Source: an uncultured Caldilineales bacterium (GTDB lineage: Bacteria > Chloroflexota > Anaerolineae > J102). From it: 64,000 nt of DNA. The stretch is from positions 5,015 through 69,014 of the forward strand of contig CAZHTZ010000001.1 of assembly GCA_964535455.1 (NCBI GenBank), written 5' to 3'. Made by a program: the position numbers and the translations under genes. The notes under the pieces are model-generated. The model was not told where the DNA came from. It saw nothing but the letters and a program-made list of their open reading frames with translations, and ran no database searches. Positions 9,616 through 18,624 of the stretch are shown here, piece after piece. How positions within the stretch are numbered: position 1 is the first letter of the stretch; the number at the start of each line of letters is the position of its first letter.

Positions 9616-10100
9616 GCCGTCACCACCTGGACAATTTCTGATTGCGGATGGTGGATGGCGAATGGCGAATCGCCGTCGTCGGCAATGACGCCCTGCCAGT
9701 TCAGCGGTCCCAGCGCCCGCACCTCTTCGACCATATGAGTGATCTCGGCAGCCAACCGGGCGCCCTCGGCGGCGCTGGCCCACACCAGCCTCACCCGTTC
9801 CGGCTCGATGCCGAACTGGGCCAATGTGCGCCTGAGCAGGGTGAAACGGCGCAAGGTTTTATAGTTCTGGTCCAGGTAGTGGCACTCGCCGGGATGGCAG
9901 CCGGTGATCAGTACGCCGTCGGCTCCGCCCGCCAGTGCCTTGAGCACGAAGGTTGGGTCCAGGCGACCGGAGCACATCAGGCGGATAAGACGAACGTTGG
10001 GTGGATATTTCATCCGCGACGTTCCGGCCAGGTCGGCGGCCCGGTAGCTGCACCAGTTGCAGGTGAAGCCGATGATGACGGGTTCAAAGGGCTCGGACAT
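9612..10100 (-). CDS. mvhD: Methyl-viologen-reducing hydrogenase delta subunit, MvhD-like.
   Basis: MSEPFEPVIIGFTCNWCSYRAADLAG and GCHPGECHY. Confidence 0.85.
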   Translation of the reverse strand: MSEPFEPVIIGFTCNWCSYRAADLAGTSRMKYPPNVRLIRLMCSGRLDPTFVLKALAGGADGVLITGCHPGECHYLDQNYKTLRRFTLLRRTLAQFGIEPERVRLVWASAAEGARLAAEITHMVEEVRALGPLNWQGVIADDGDSPFAIHHPQSEIVQVVTA

Positions 10101-10135
10101 AACAGTTACCTCCCACTCCGGGTATCAGGGCTGCT

Positions 10136-12172
10136 TTACGCAGGCACGAGCGCCGGCTCCAATTGCCGCGCCGAACCTTCGCTCAGGTTCAACAGCAGCA
10201 GGCCATACAACTGCGCCAGCACCTGTTCGTTGCTGAACTGCGTGCCGGTGATGGCGCCCGATGGACAGGCCGCCACGCAGGTGCCGCAGCCCTGGCACAG
10301 CGCCGGGTTGATCTCGGTGACCTTGGCGGCCGTGTCGTACGAGATGGCATTGTAGGGACAGAGGTTGTTGCAGATGCGGCAGCCGGAGCAGAGTTCGGCA
10401 ATGATGCTGGCCCGCACCGGCTCCAGCGCCAGCACCTTCTGGTGGATGCGTCCCATCACCCGCGCCGCGGCGGCGGCGCCCTGGGCCACACTGGCCGGGA
10501 TGTCCTTGGGTCCCTGGCAGACGCCGGCGATGAAGATGCCTTCCGTCATCGTCGCCACGGGGTCCAGCTTGGGATGCCTCTCGATGAACCAGCCATTGGC
10601 GCTGCAAGCGATGCCAAATGTGTGGGCCACAGCCGTCGAGTCCTGCCGGGGCTGCAATGCCGCAGACAGCACCACCATATCGACAGGAATGCGGCGCTGC
10701 TTGCCCAGCAAAGTGTCTTCGACCTGGATGATGAGCTTGCCCTCTTCGCCGCTCATGCGGGCGGCGTCGGTCACTTCCGCCACGCGTCCCCGCACAAAGT
10801 GGACCCCCTCCTCCAGCACTCGCTGGTAGAACTCGTCGTAGTCCTTGAAGGCGGTGCGTATGTCGATATAGAAGTTGAAAACCTCGGCGCCGGTGCGCTC
10901 CTTCACCAGGTGGGCGAATTTCAGGCTCTGCATGCAGCAGATGCTGGAGCAATAGGGATTGTAGTTGTGGTCGCGGCTGCCCACACAGTGGATGATGCCC
11001 ACCGTCGCCGGCTCCGTCACCCCATCTCGCAGCACGATCTTTCCACCTGTGGGGCCGGCGGCGTTGCAGAGCCGTTCGAATTCCAGGCTGGTGAACACGT
11101 TTGCCAGCCGGGCGTAGCCGTATTGGGGAATGCGTCGACGATCGAACAAATCGAAGCCGGTGGCCAGGATGATGTTGCCTACCTGGAACTGGAGAATTTC
11201 ATCCTTTTGCTCGAAGTCAATCGACTTGGGCTGGGTGGGGCAGAAGAGCTGGCAGGCTTTGCACTTTCCGCGCTGGAAGTACGTGCAGTTCTCGCGGTCG
11301 ATGACCGGGTATTTGGGCACCGCCTGGGCAAAGGGCCGGTAGACCGCCTTGCGATAGCCCAACCCCGCCTCGTAGGTATTGTCCAGCACCCGCACAGGGC
11401 ACTTCTCGATGCAGATGCCGCAGCCTGTGCAGACACTCTCATTCACGTAGCGCGCCTTCTTGCGCACGGTGACGGTAAAGTTGCCCACGTAGCCATCCAC
11501 ACGCTCCACCTCGCTCCAGGTGAGCAGGGTCACGTTCGGATGCCCGCCCACATCCACCATCTTGGGCGTCAGGATGCAGGCCGAGCAGTCGAGCGTGGGG
11601 AAGGTCTTGTCGAACTGGGCCATATGCCCGCCGATGGACGGCTCTCTTTCCACCAGGTAGACCGGGTAGCCACTGTCGGCGATCTCAAGCGCCGCCTGGA
11701 TACCGGCGATGCCGCCGCCGACGATGAGGGTGGCCGGATGGATGGGTACTTGCAGGGGTTCCAGAGGCTGGTGCAGGATCACCCGCTCCACGCCGCCCGA
11801 AACCACCGCCTTCGACTTCTCGGTGGCCGCCCTGCGATCGGTGTGCACCCACGACACCTGTTCGCGGATCGACACCAGCTCACACAGAAAAGGGTTCAAC
11901 CCCGCCCGCTTGCAGGCCGTGCGGAAGGTGCGCTCGTGCAGATGGGGCGAGCACGCTGCTACGACGACCCTGGTCAGGCCCTGTTCCTTGATGTCGGCCT
12001 CGATCAGCTCTTGGCCCAGGCTGGAGCACATAAATTGATAGTCGCGGGCGACCACGACGCCCCGATCCTTGAGCTCATCGCCGGCCCACAGCGCCACCTC
12101 CTCCACGTCCACGGTGGCGGCAATATTGGTGCCGCAATGGCAGACGTATACGCCGATACGTTCACGACTCAT
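10136..12172 (-). CDS. hdrA: Heterodisulfide reductase subunit A-like FAD/FeS flavoprotein.
   Basis: VYVCHCGTNIA, FAD-binding LIVGGGIAGIQAAL, several CxxCxxCxxxCP ferredoxin motifs. Length is 678 aa. Confidence 0.9.
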   Translation of the reverse strand: MSRERIGVYVCHCGTNIAATVDVEEVALWAGDELKDRGVVVARDYQFMCSSLGQELIEADIKEQGLTRVVVAACSPHLHERTFRTACKRAGLNPFLCELVSIREQVSWVHTDRRAATEKSKAVVSGGVERVILHQPLEPLQVPIHPATLIVGGGIAGIQAALEIADSGYPVYLVEREPSIGGHMAQFDKTFPTLDCSACILTPKMVDVGGHPNVTLLTWSEVERVDGYVGNFTVTVRKKARYVNESVCTGCGICIEKCPVRVLDNTYEAGLGYRKAVYRPFAQAVPKYPVIDRENCTYFQRGKCKACQLFCPTQPKSIDFEQKDEILQFQVGNIILATGFDLFDRRRIPQYGYARLANVFTSLEFERLCNAAGPTGGKIVLRDGVTEPATVGIIHCVGSRDHNYNPYCSSICCMQSLKFAHLVKERTGAEVFNFYIDIRTAFKDYDEFYQRVLEEGVHFVRGRVAEVTDAARMSGEEGKLIIQVEDTLLGKQRRIPVDMVVLSAALQPRQDSTAVAHTFGIACSANGWFIERHPKLDPVATMTEGIFIAGVCQGPKDIPASVAQGAAAAARVMGRIHQKVLALEPVRASIIAELCSGCRICNNLCPYNAISYDTAAKVTEINPALCQGCGTCVAACPSGAITGTQFSNEQVLAQLYGLLLLNLSEGSARQLEPALVPA

Positions 12173-13154
12173 GGCTCAACCCTCCATCGGCCATCGCCGG
12201 CGTCGGAAGCGCCTCTTTGCCGGCCCGCTCCTTTTTCGGCTTGGGCGGCGGCTCGACCCCGATCTTGTTCAGGGCCGCAGTGGCGTCTATGAACTCCTTG
12301 CCGAATCCCAGGGTCGCCGCCGGCAGCCCAAACGCCAGCCCCATCAACTGCGTGAAGTAAAGAATAGGAAGGTGGTACTTGGTGCCGAAGTGGCGGTTTA
12401 CAGCCTCCTGGTAGGCATCCAGGTTGAGCTGGCACATGGGGCAGAGGGTGACGATGGCGTCAGCCTCGTACTCGGCAGCATTTTGCAGCAGCTGCCGGAT
12501 CATCTCCAGCGCCACCTGCTCGCTGATCTGCGTCATGTGCCCGCCGCAGCAGTGCGTCTTGACCGGGAAGTCCACGACGGTCGTTCCCAGCGTCCGCATG
12601 AGCTTGTCCAGGGACATGGGGTATTCGGGGTCGTCGAACGCCCCCTGGAAGCCGGGACGGACGATCAGGCAGCCATAGTACGGTGCGATTCGCAGTCCAT
12701 ACAGCGGCTTCTGCACCCTGGCGGCGATGGCATCGTAGCCCACGTCGTTGACGACAATGTCCAACAAGTGGCGGACGCGGACGCTGCCCGGCCGGTAGCT
12801 CAATCCCCCGGCCGCCAGCGCCGTGTTGATGTTGGCAGCCAACCGGGGAGCGTCGCCCATGTACCTGTCAACCTTGCTCAGGTTGAGGAAGCAGGCGCTG
12901 CATGGGGCGACGACCTGATTCTTGCTGCCGCCATTGAGTTTCTGTCGGGAAGCGATGGCCAGATTCCTCGCCACCAGTGCATACGCCGGCAGCATTTCGA
13001 TGGCAATGTACTCCGTGGCCCCACAGCAGTTCCAGTCTTCGAGCTGCACGAACTCGATATCCAAAAGAGGCGCCACTGCCATAGCCGATTGATGGTAGGC
13101 AATGGCGTTGCGCTCCAAGGAACAGCCTGGGTAATAGCCGTACTTTGCACTCAT
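12162..13154 (-). CDS. hdrB: Heterodisulfide reductase subunit B-like protein (CCG domains).
   Basis: MSAKYGYYPGCSLE and two CCG-type Cys-rich motifs. Confidence 0.85.
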   Translation of the reverse strand: MSAKYGYYPGCSLERNAIAYHQSAMAVAPLLDIEFVQLEDWNCCGATEYIAIEMLPAYALVARNLAIASRQKLNGGSKNQVVAPCSACFLNLSKVDRYMGDAPRLAANINTALAAGGLSYRPGSVRVRHLLDIVVNDVGYDAIAARVQKPLYGLRIAPYYGCLIVRPGFQGAFDDPEYPMSLDKLMRTLGTTVVDFPVKTHCCGGHMTQISEQVALEMIRQLLQNAAEYEADAIVTLCPMCQLNLDAYQEAVNRHFGTKYHLPILYFTQLMGLAFGLPAATLGFGKEFIDATAALNKIGVEPPPKPKKERAGKEALPTPAMADGGLSHES

Positions 13155-13789
13155 TGCCTGCCTCCTAATAAGGTGGCGCCGCCTCCTGATAAGGTGGCGC
13201 CTCCTCCTTCATCCAGTTCCCTTGCCTTGGCCAGGATCGCCTGCAGCTGCTTGATGCCGTCGATCCGTTTTGGCGTCAGGTCCATGCGGCCCTTGCGAAG
13301 CATGCCCAACCCCAACCCTAACTTCTTGACGGCGGTCAGGGGGTGATGGCGGAGATGGTAGCGAGTCGCCAACCCAAGCTCGAAGCTGCGCCCGTAGTTG
13401 TTCACGAAGTCGATAAACGTCTCCGAGAAACCGGGAGCGTCGGCGGCGCTTGACTCGCGATAGAGTCCCTCCTTGATGGCCATGCGCTTCAGCGTGTACA
13501 TGATGTCGGTGATGTGGATTTCCTGCGGACACCGCACCGTGCAGTAGTAGCAGGAAACGCAATACCAGGGGGTATTGCTGCGCAACACATCCTCCTTCAT
13601 GCCCGCCCGAATCATGGCGAACAGATGCCGCGGTGTGTGTTCCATGTCGGGGCCCGAGGGACACGAACCCCCACAAGTGCCACACTGTATACAAAGTTCC
13701 AGATGGGAGGCGCCGCCGGGTGTCGCCGCAATGACCTCGTCCATGAACGCGCCGGGCGACGGCCCCGCCGTACTTCGCTGTGCGACCAT
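13151..13789 (-). CDS. hdrC: Heterodisulfide reductase subunit C-like protein (2x[4Fe-4S]).
   Basis: CIQCGTCGGSCP and CVSCYYCTVRCP. Confidence 0.85.
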   Translation of the reverse strand: MVAQRSTAGPSPGAFMDEVIAATPGGASHLELCIQCGTCGGSCPSGPDMEHTPRHLFAMIRAGMKEDVLRSNTPWYCVSCYYCTVRCPQEIHITDIMYTLKRMAIKEGLYRESSAADAPGFSETFIDFVNNYGRSFELGLATRYHLRHHPLTAVKKLGLGLGMLRKGRMDLTPKRIDGIKQLQAILAKARELDEGGGATLSGGGATLLGGRQ

Positions 13790-14057
13790 ATGATCTTAGC
13801 TCCTTGGCGTTTGCGCGGCAGCGGAAAGACCGATAACAGCGGAACCAGTATAACCTATTCCATGGCGCCAGAATATGATCTGGATCATGTTACGTGAAAT
13901 AATTCACGAAATGCACTTCGCTTTTGCGGTGAGGCCAGCACCTGGGCGATGGACGCGTACGCCCGTCCTGGCAATGCCCTTGCAGGTTGTTGCCGGTGGT
14001 ATCGTTGCCGTTTATGATCCCTGTGCGTATTCCCACGCTCGCCTAAGACCAGCACCC

Positions 14058-14741
14058 ATGCCCTCCCAACGTCCCGTTTCTGCTTTCGACATCATCGGCC
14101 CCATCATGGTGGGACCCTCCAGCTCCCACACCGCCGGCGCCGTCCGCCTGGGCCTGATCGGCCGCTCCATCCTGGGCGCGCCCCCGGAGTCCGCCCTGAT
14201 CGAGCTCCACGGCTCCTTCGCCCAGACCGGCAAGGGACACGGCACCGACCGCGCCCTGGTGGCGGGGCTGTTGGGCTTCGCCCCGGACGACCCCCGCATC
14301 CGTTACAGCTTCGACATCGCCGCCGAGACCGGGCTGCGCTTCCAGATCGCCGAGGTGGACCTGGGCGCAGACGCCCATCCCAACTCGGTGCGGCTGACGC
14401 TGCGGGCGGGCGACCGTGAGATGGTGCTCGTCGGAGCCTCAATTGGCGGCGGCATGATCGAGATCACAGACATCCAGGGCTACGGCGTGCACTTCACCGG
14501 CGAACACGACGCCCTCATCGTCGTGGCCGAGGACCGCCCCGGCACCATCAACGCCGTTACCGGGGTGCTGCTCGAGCGCCACATCAACGTCGCCTTTTCC
14601 CGCGTCGAGCGTAAGCAGCGCGGAGGGGAGGCCATCATGATCTTCGAGACCGACGACGCCATCCCATCCGAGCTGTTGGAAGCTATCGAGGACTTCTACT
14701 GGGTGCGGTGGGCGCGGCATGTCGGAAAAGTTACAGGTTGA
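14058..14741 (+). CDS. sdaAB: L-serine dehydratase, iron-sulfur-dependent, beta subunit.
   Basis: FDIIGPIMVGPSSSHTAGAVRLG and a C-terminal ACT-like region. Confidence 0.85.
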   Translation: MPSQRPVSAFDIIGPIMVGPSSSHTAGAVRLGLIGRSILGAPPESALIELHGSFAQTGKGHGTDRALVAGLLGFAPDDPRIRYSFDIAAETGLRFQIAEVDLGADAHPNSVRLTLRAGDREMVLVGASIGGGMIEITDIQGYGVHFTGEHDALIVVAEDRPGTINAVTGVLLERHINVAFSRVERKQRGGEAIMIFETDDAIPSELLEAIEDFYWVRWARHVGKVTG

Positions 14742-14742
14742 A

Positions 14743-14815
14743 GGCTTCGCCCTGAAGGGCTCAAGCCCGAAGGGTTGAAGGCTAAAGGTTGGGTGGCTTC
14801 AACCTGCAACCTTCA
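14743..14815. repeat. Repeat family C copy plus an adjacent inverted repeat.
   Basis: ggcttcgccctgaagggctcaagcccgaagggt followed by gttgaagg...ccttcaac. Confidence 0.45.
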
Positions 14816-14831
14816 ACCCCTGGAGATACTT

Positions 14832-15731
14832 ATGTTTAGTTCGATCGCGGAAATGGTGGAGCGGGCCGAGAACAGCGGGCTGCCGCTGCACGAGGTCGTG
14901 CTGCGGACCGAGGCTGAGAACAGCAGCAAGGACGTCGAGGCGCTGCGCGGGCGGATGCGGGCGCGGCTGGATGTGATGAAGCGGGCGACGGTGCAGGGTA
15001 TCGCCGAGCCGGTGATGTCGTTGAGCGGCATCAGCGGTGGCAGCGCCTACCGCTTCTGGAACTGGCTGGCGGACCCCGCCCACGAGCCGCTCACCGGCCC
15101 CATTCTCAGCCGCGCCGTGGCGCGAGCCATGGCTGTGAATGAGGTCAACGCCGGGATGGGCTGCATCGTCGCCACCCCCACCGCCGGATCCGCCGGTATT
15201 CTCCCCGGTGTGCTGATCACGCTGCAAGAAGTGCGCGGCTTCAGCGATGAGCAGTTGGTGGCGGCGTTGTTCACGGCCAGCGGCATCGGCGCCGTCATCT
15301 TCCGCCGGGCCAGCGTGTCCGGGGCCGCCGGGGGCTGTCAGGCCGAGACCGGCAGCGCCGCGGCCATGGCGGCCGGGGCCGCGGTGGAGCTGCTGGGAGG
15401 GACGCCGCGCCAGTCGGCCCAGGCGGTGGCCATCACCATGAAGAACATGCTGGGGCTGGTCTGTGACCCGGTAGCGGGGCTGGTAGAGGTGCCGTGCGTC
15501 AAGCGCAACGCCGCCGGCGCCGCCCAGTGCTTTATCGCCGTGGACCTGGCCCTGGCCGGCGTCGAGAGCGTGATCCCGCCCGACGAGGTCATCGACGCCA
15601 TGGCCAGCATCGGCAAGCGCATGGACGAGCGCTTCAAGGAAACGGCGCAGGGGGGGCTGGCGGCCACGCCTACGGGGCGGCGGCTGGCGCAACTGGTGTG
15701 GGGCGAACGGGCGCCCTCACCGCCGGATTGA
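14832..15731 (+). CDS. sdaAA: L-serine dehydratase, alpha subunit.
   Basis: MFSSIAEMVERAENSGLPLHEVVL...GMGCIVATPTAGSAGILPG. Confidence 0.85.
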   Translation: MFSSIAEMVERAENSGLPLHEVVLRTEAENSSKDVEALRGRMRARLDVMKRATVQGIAEPVMSLSGISGGSAYRFWNWLADPAHEPLTGPILSRAVARAMAVNEVNAGMGCIVATPTAGSAGILPGVLITLQEVRGFSDEQLVAALFTASGIGAVIFRRASVSGAAGGCQAETGSAAAMAAGAAVELLGGTPRQSAQAVAITMKNMLGLVCDPVAGLVEVPCVKRNAAGAAQCFIAVDLALAGVESVIPPDEVIDAMASIGKRMDERFKETAQGGLAATPTGRRLAQLVWGERAPSPPD

Positions 15732-15754
15732 GGTCCTGCGACCGAGGTCGCGGG

Positions 15755-16228
15755 CTAATCATCAGGCCAGCGGCCATAGCCAGTGTGGCCGGTTTGCCAG
15801 TGCTCCAGGACGGCGCCCGTGCCCGGCGTCAGCGGCTCGGGCAGGGCGTCAAGGGGATACCAGCCGGCGGCGCTGATCTCGGTCCCATCCGCCTGCAGCT
15901 CACCGCCCAGGCTCTTGCAGGCGAACACAAAGATGTGGTCGCGCTTATAGGCCCCCAGCCACAGATAAACCCCCACCAGCCGCGTGACCTCCACGGCCAA
16001 CCCGGTCTCCTCACGCATCTCGCGCACCACCGCTTCGTCGGTGGACTCATTGCCGTTGCTGCCGCCGCCCGGCAGATACCAGGTGCGGGCGCCATAGTTG
16101 TGGCGAACGAAGAGGATGCGGCCATCGGCATCGGTGACGATGCCGCGCACCCCCACGGTGCGCGGTCGCGCCAACCGCCACCAGACCACCAGCACCTTGA
16201 GCGCCGGGTCGCGCCAGTTCCAGGGCAT
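15755..16228 (-). CDS. NUDIX hydrolase.
   Basis: Nudix box GGGSNGNESTDEAVVREMREETGL. Confidence 0.8.
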   Translation of the reverse strand: MPWNWRDPALKVLVVWWRLARPRTVGVRGIVTDADGRILFVRHNYGARTWYLPGGGSNGNESTDEAVVREMREETGLAVEVTRLVGVYLWLGAYKRDHIFVFACKSLGGELQADGTEISAAGWYPLDALPEPLTPGTGAVLEHWQTGHTGYGRWPDD

Positions 16229-16231
16229 GCG

Positions 16232-17083
16232 TCAGACCGTGTCCACGGCCAGGGCGATCTGGGCGCCCACCGTGGCGTTCTGCTCCAGCAAGGCCAGGTT
16301 GGCGCGTAGCGAGGCCTCACCGGTGGCCTGGGCAATGGTGCTGAGCAGGAAGGGGGTCACGGCCTTGCCGCGGATGCCGCGCGCCTGCGCCATCGCCAGA
16401 GCATGCTCGATGGCGGCTGTAGCCACGGCGTCGTCCAGCGCCGCCTCGGCCGGCACCGGCACCGTGACCAGCATGCCCGTGCGCAACCCCAGTGCCCGGT
16501 GCGCTCGCCAGATGGCCGCCACCTCGGCAGGCGTGTCGCAGCGCACATCCACCGGCAGACCGGAAGAATAGGTGTAGAAAGCAGGGACTTCATCACAGCC
16601 GAAGCCCAGCACCGGCACGCCCAGCGTCTCCAAGCGCTCGCGGGTGCGCGGCAGGTCGAGGATCGCCTTGGCCCCGGCGCAAACGACCAGCACCGGGATC
16701 GTCGCCAGCGCCGTCAGGTCGGCGGACTCGTCGAAGTCATCGCCGCGGTGCACGCCGCCCAAACCCCCGGTGACGAACACTTCGATGCCGGCGCGGTGCG
16801 CCACCCACATGGTGGTGGCGACGGTCGTGGCGGCGTCGAGCCGGCGGGCAGCGACGATGCCGATGTCCCGCAGCGAGGCCTTGAGAATGCCTTCTCCGTG
16901 CGCAAAGCGCTCGATCTGACCGGGGTCAAGCCCGGCCACCGGCTCACCGGCAATAAAGCCGCAGGTGGCAGGCTGGGCGCCTTGCTCGCGGATAATGGCT
17001 TCCAGACGCAGGGCGGTGTGGTAGTTCTGAGGATAGGGGAGACCGTGGGCGATGACGGTGCTTTCGAGGGCGACGCGTGGCAT
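16232..17083 (-). CDS. psuG: Pseudouridine-5'-phosphate glycosidase.
   Basis: MPRVALESTVIAHGLPYPQNYHTAL...QPATCGFIAGEP, which is the IndA/PsuG family signature. Confidence 0.8.
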   Translation of the reverse strand: MPRVALESTVIAHGLPYPQNYHTALRLEAIIREQGAQPATCGFIAGEPVAGLDPGQIERFAHGEGILKASLRDIGIVAARRLDAATTVATTMWVAHRAGIEVFVTGGLGGVHRGDDFDESADLTALATIPVLVVCAGAKAILDLPRTRERLETLGVPVLGFGCDEVPAFYTYSSGLPVDVRCDTPAEVAAIWRAHRALGLRTGMLVTVPVPAEAALDDAVATAAIEHALAMAQARGIRGKAVTPFLLSTIAQATGEASLRANLALLEQNATVGAQIALAVDTV

Positions 17084-17089
17084 GGCAGG

Positions 17090-18448
17090 TTAGAGGACAA
17101 CGCCGTTGGGGTCGTTGCCGGAATCGAGAATGGCTTTGCGAACGTTGACGAAAGGAAGCAGGATCAGGCCGGCGACAAAGAAGACGATCAGCGAGATCAG
17201 GGCGATGCGCGTGCTGCCGGTCAATTGCACGGCCAGGGCAAAGAGGGCGGTGCCAATCCACGACGTGCCGCGCTCGCTGATCTCGTAGAAGCCGAAGTAT
17301 TCGGTCTCTTTGTCACGGGGGATCATCTGCGAGAAGAGGGAACGGCTGAGGGCCTGAGAGCCGCCCAGAACCAACGCCACCACCACGCCCAGAATCCACA
17401 ACTGCCACTGCTCGTAGAGCAGGGCGTAAGCGTAGATCACGACCAGCGACCAGATCACCAGGCTGATCAGAATCGAGCGCTTGGCGCCGATGACCAGGGC
17501 CAGGCGGCCGAAGGCCAGGGCGCCGCCGAAGGCAACGATCTGGATCAGCAGGACCAGCAAGACCAGCATGCTGGCGGTGGCGCCCAACTCGCTGGCGGCA
17601 AAGAGCGTGGCGACCACGATCACGGTCTGGATGCCGTCGTTGTAGATCAGGTAGGCGATCAGGTAACGCAGGGTCTCCGGGTACTTGCGGCGCATCTCGC
17701 CCAGCGTGTGCAGGACTTCCTTGACGCCGTGAGACAGGTAGGACTCACCCGGTGGCAGAATGCGCCGGGGCAGGTGCTGACGTAAACGCCGCTGAGGATA
17801 GAAGTAGGTGAAAACAAGCCACCAGACGCCGGCGCTGGCCAGGCTGATGCGCACGGCCAGACCGGTGTCGGCCATCGTCTGGAGGAGCACCAGGTTGCCG
17901 GCCAGCAGCACGGCGCCGCCCAGATACCCCATGGCAAAGCCACGCGAGCTGGTGGCGTCGCGGTCGCGCGGGGCGGCGATGTCGGGCAGATAGGCGTTGT
18001 AGGCGACGATGGCTGCCCCAAAGGCGAGATTGGCGATGATCAGAAGCAGGCCGCCGAAAAGAACGGCGCCGTTCGTCCCCAGCAGCGGCATGTCCGGCCG
18101 GATGAAAAAGAGCAGGATGGTGGCGACGGCCCCGATGTAGGCTGCGGTCAGCAGCAGGCGCTTCTTCAAGCCTGTATAGTCGACAATGGTGCCCAGCAGC
18201 GGCAGGAAGAGCACCTGCAGGACGACGGAAATGGAGACGCAGGCGGGAAAGAAGGCGCCAGGCTCGACCATGCGGCCCAGAATCTGGACGCCGCCGTTAC
18301 TCTTGGCGAGGCTTTCGAGATAGGGACCCAGAAAGGTGGTGACGACGGTGGTGCTGAAAGCCGAATTGGCCCAGTCATACATGGTCCAACCGCGAATCTC
18401 GCGGCGGTCACCGTAGGTACTGGGTGGGGATGTGGTAGTGGCAGTCAT
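17090..18448 (-). CDS. MFS transporter, UMF1 (Atg22-like) family.
   Basis: The start MTATTTSPP was chosen. The ORF-track N-terminal extension spans family B repeats and was rejected. It has 12 TM-like segments. Confidence 0.75.
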   Translation of the reverse strand: MTATTTSPPSTYGDRREIRGWTMYDWANSAFSTTVVTTFLGPYLESLAKSNGGVQILGRMVEPGAFFPACVSISVVLQVLFLPLLGTIVDYTGLKKRLLLTAAYIGAVATILLFFIRPDMPLLGTNGAVLFGGLLLIIANLAFGAAIVAYNAYLPDIAAPRDRDATSSRGFAMGYLGGAVLLAGNLVLLQTMADTGLAVRISLASAGVWWLVFTYFYPQRRLRQHLPRRILPPGESYLSHGVKEVLHTLGEMRRKYPETLRYLIAYLIYNDGIQTVIVVATLFAASELGATASMLVLLVLLIQIVAFGGALAFGRLALVIGAKRSILISLVIWSLVVIYAYALLYEQWQLWILGVVVALVLGGSQALSRSLFSQMIPRDKETEYFGFYEISERGTSWIGTALFALAVQLTGSTRIALISLIVFFVAGLILLPFVNVRKAILDSGNDPNGVVL

Positions 18449-18502
18449 GACGTGCTCCTGGTGGCCGGGGAGGGGAGGGAGAGGCGAGAGATGAGAAACG
18501 AG

Positions 18503-18616
18503 TAGGGGCGACCCCCTGTGGTCGCCCTGGGGTGGCGGGTGGCGGGTAGGGCGACCCGCTGGGTCGCCCCTGGGTGGCGGGCGGTGGTGTAGGGGCGACC
18601 GGCCGGTCGCCCCTAC
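18503..18616. repeat. Repeat family B, three tandem hairpin copies.
   Basis: gtaggggcgaccccctgtggtcgccctgg, gtagggcgacccgctgggtcgcccctgg and gtaggggcgaccggccggtcgcccctac. Confidence 0.65.
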
Positions 18617-18624
18617 CCGCCAGC

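Noticed and set aside
13790-14057. 268-nt leader upstream of sdaAB considered as a possible riboswitch.
   Set aside because: I could not recognise any known riboswitch consensus (glycine, SAM, etc.) by eye. It is left for a covariance-model scan.
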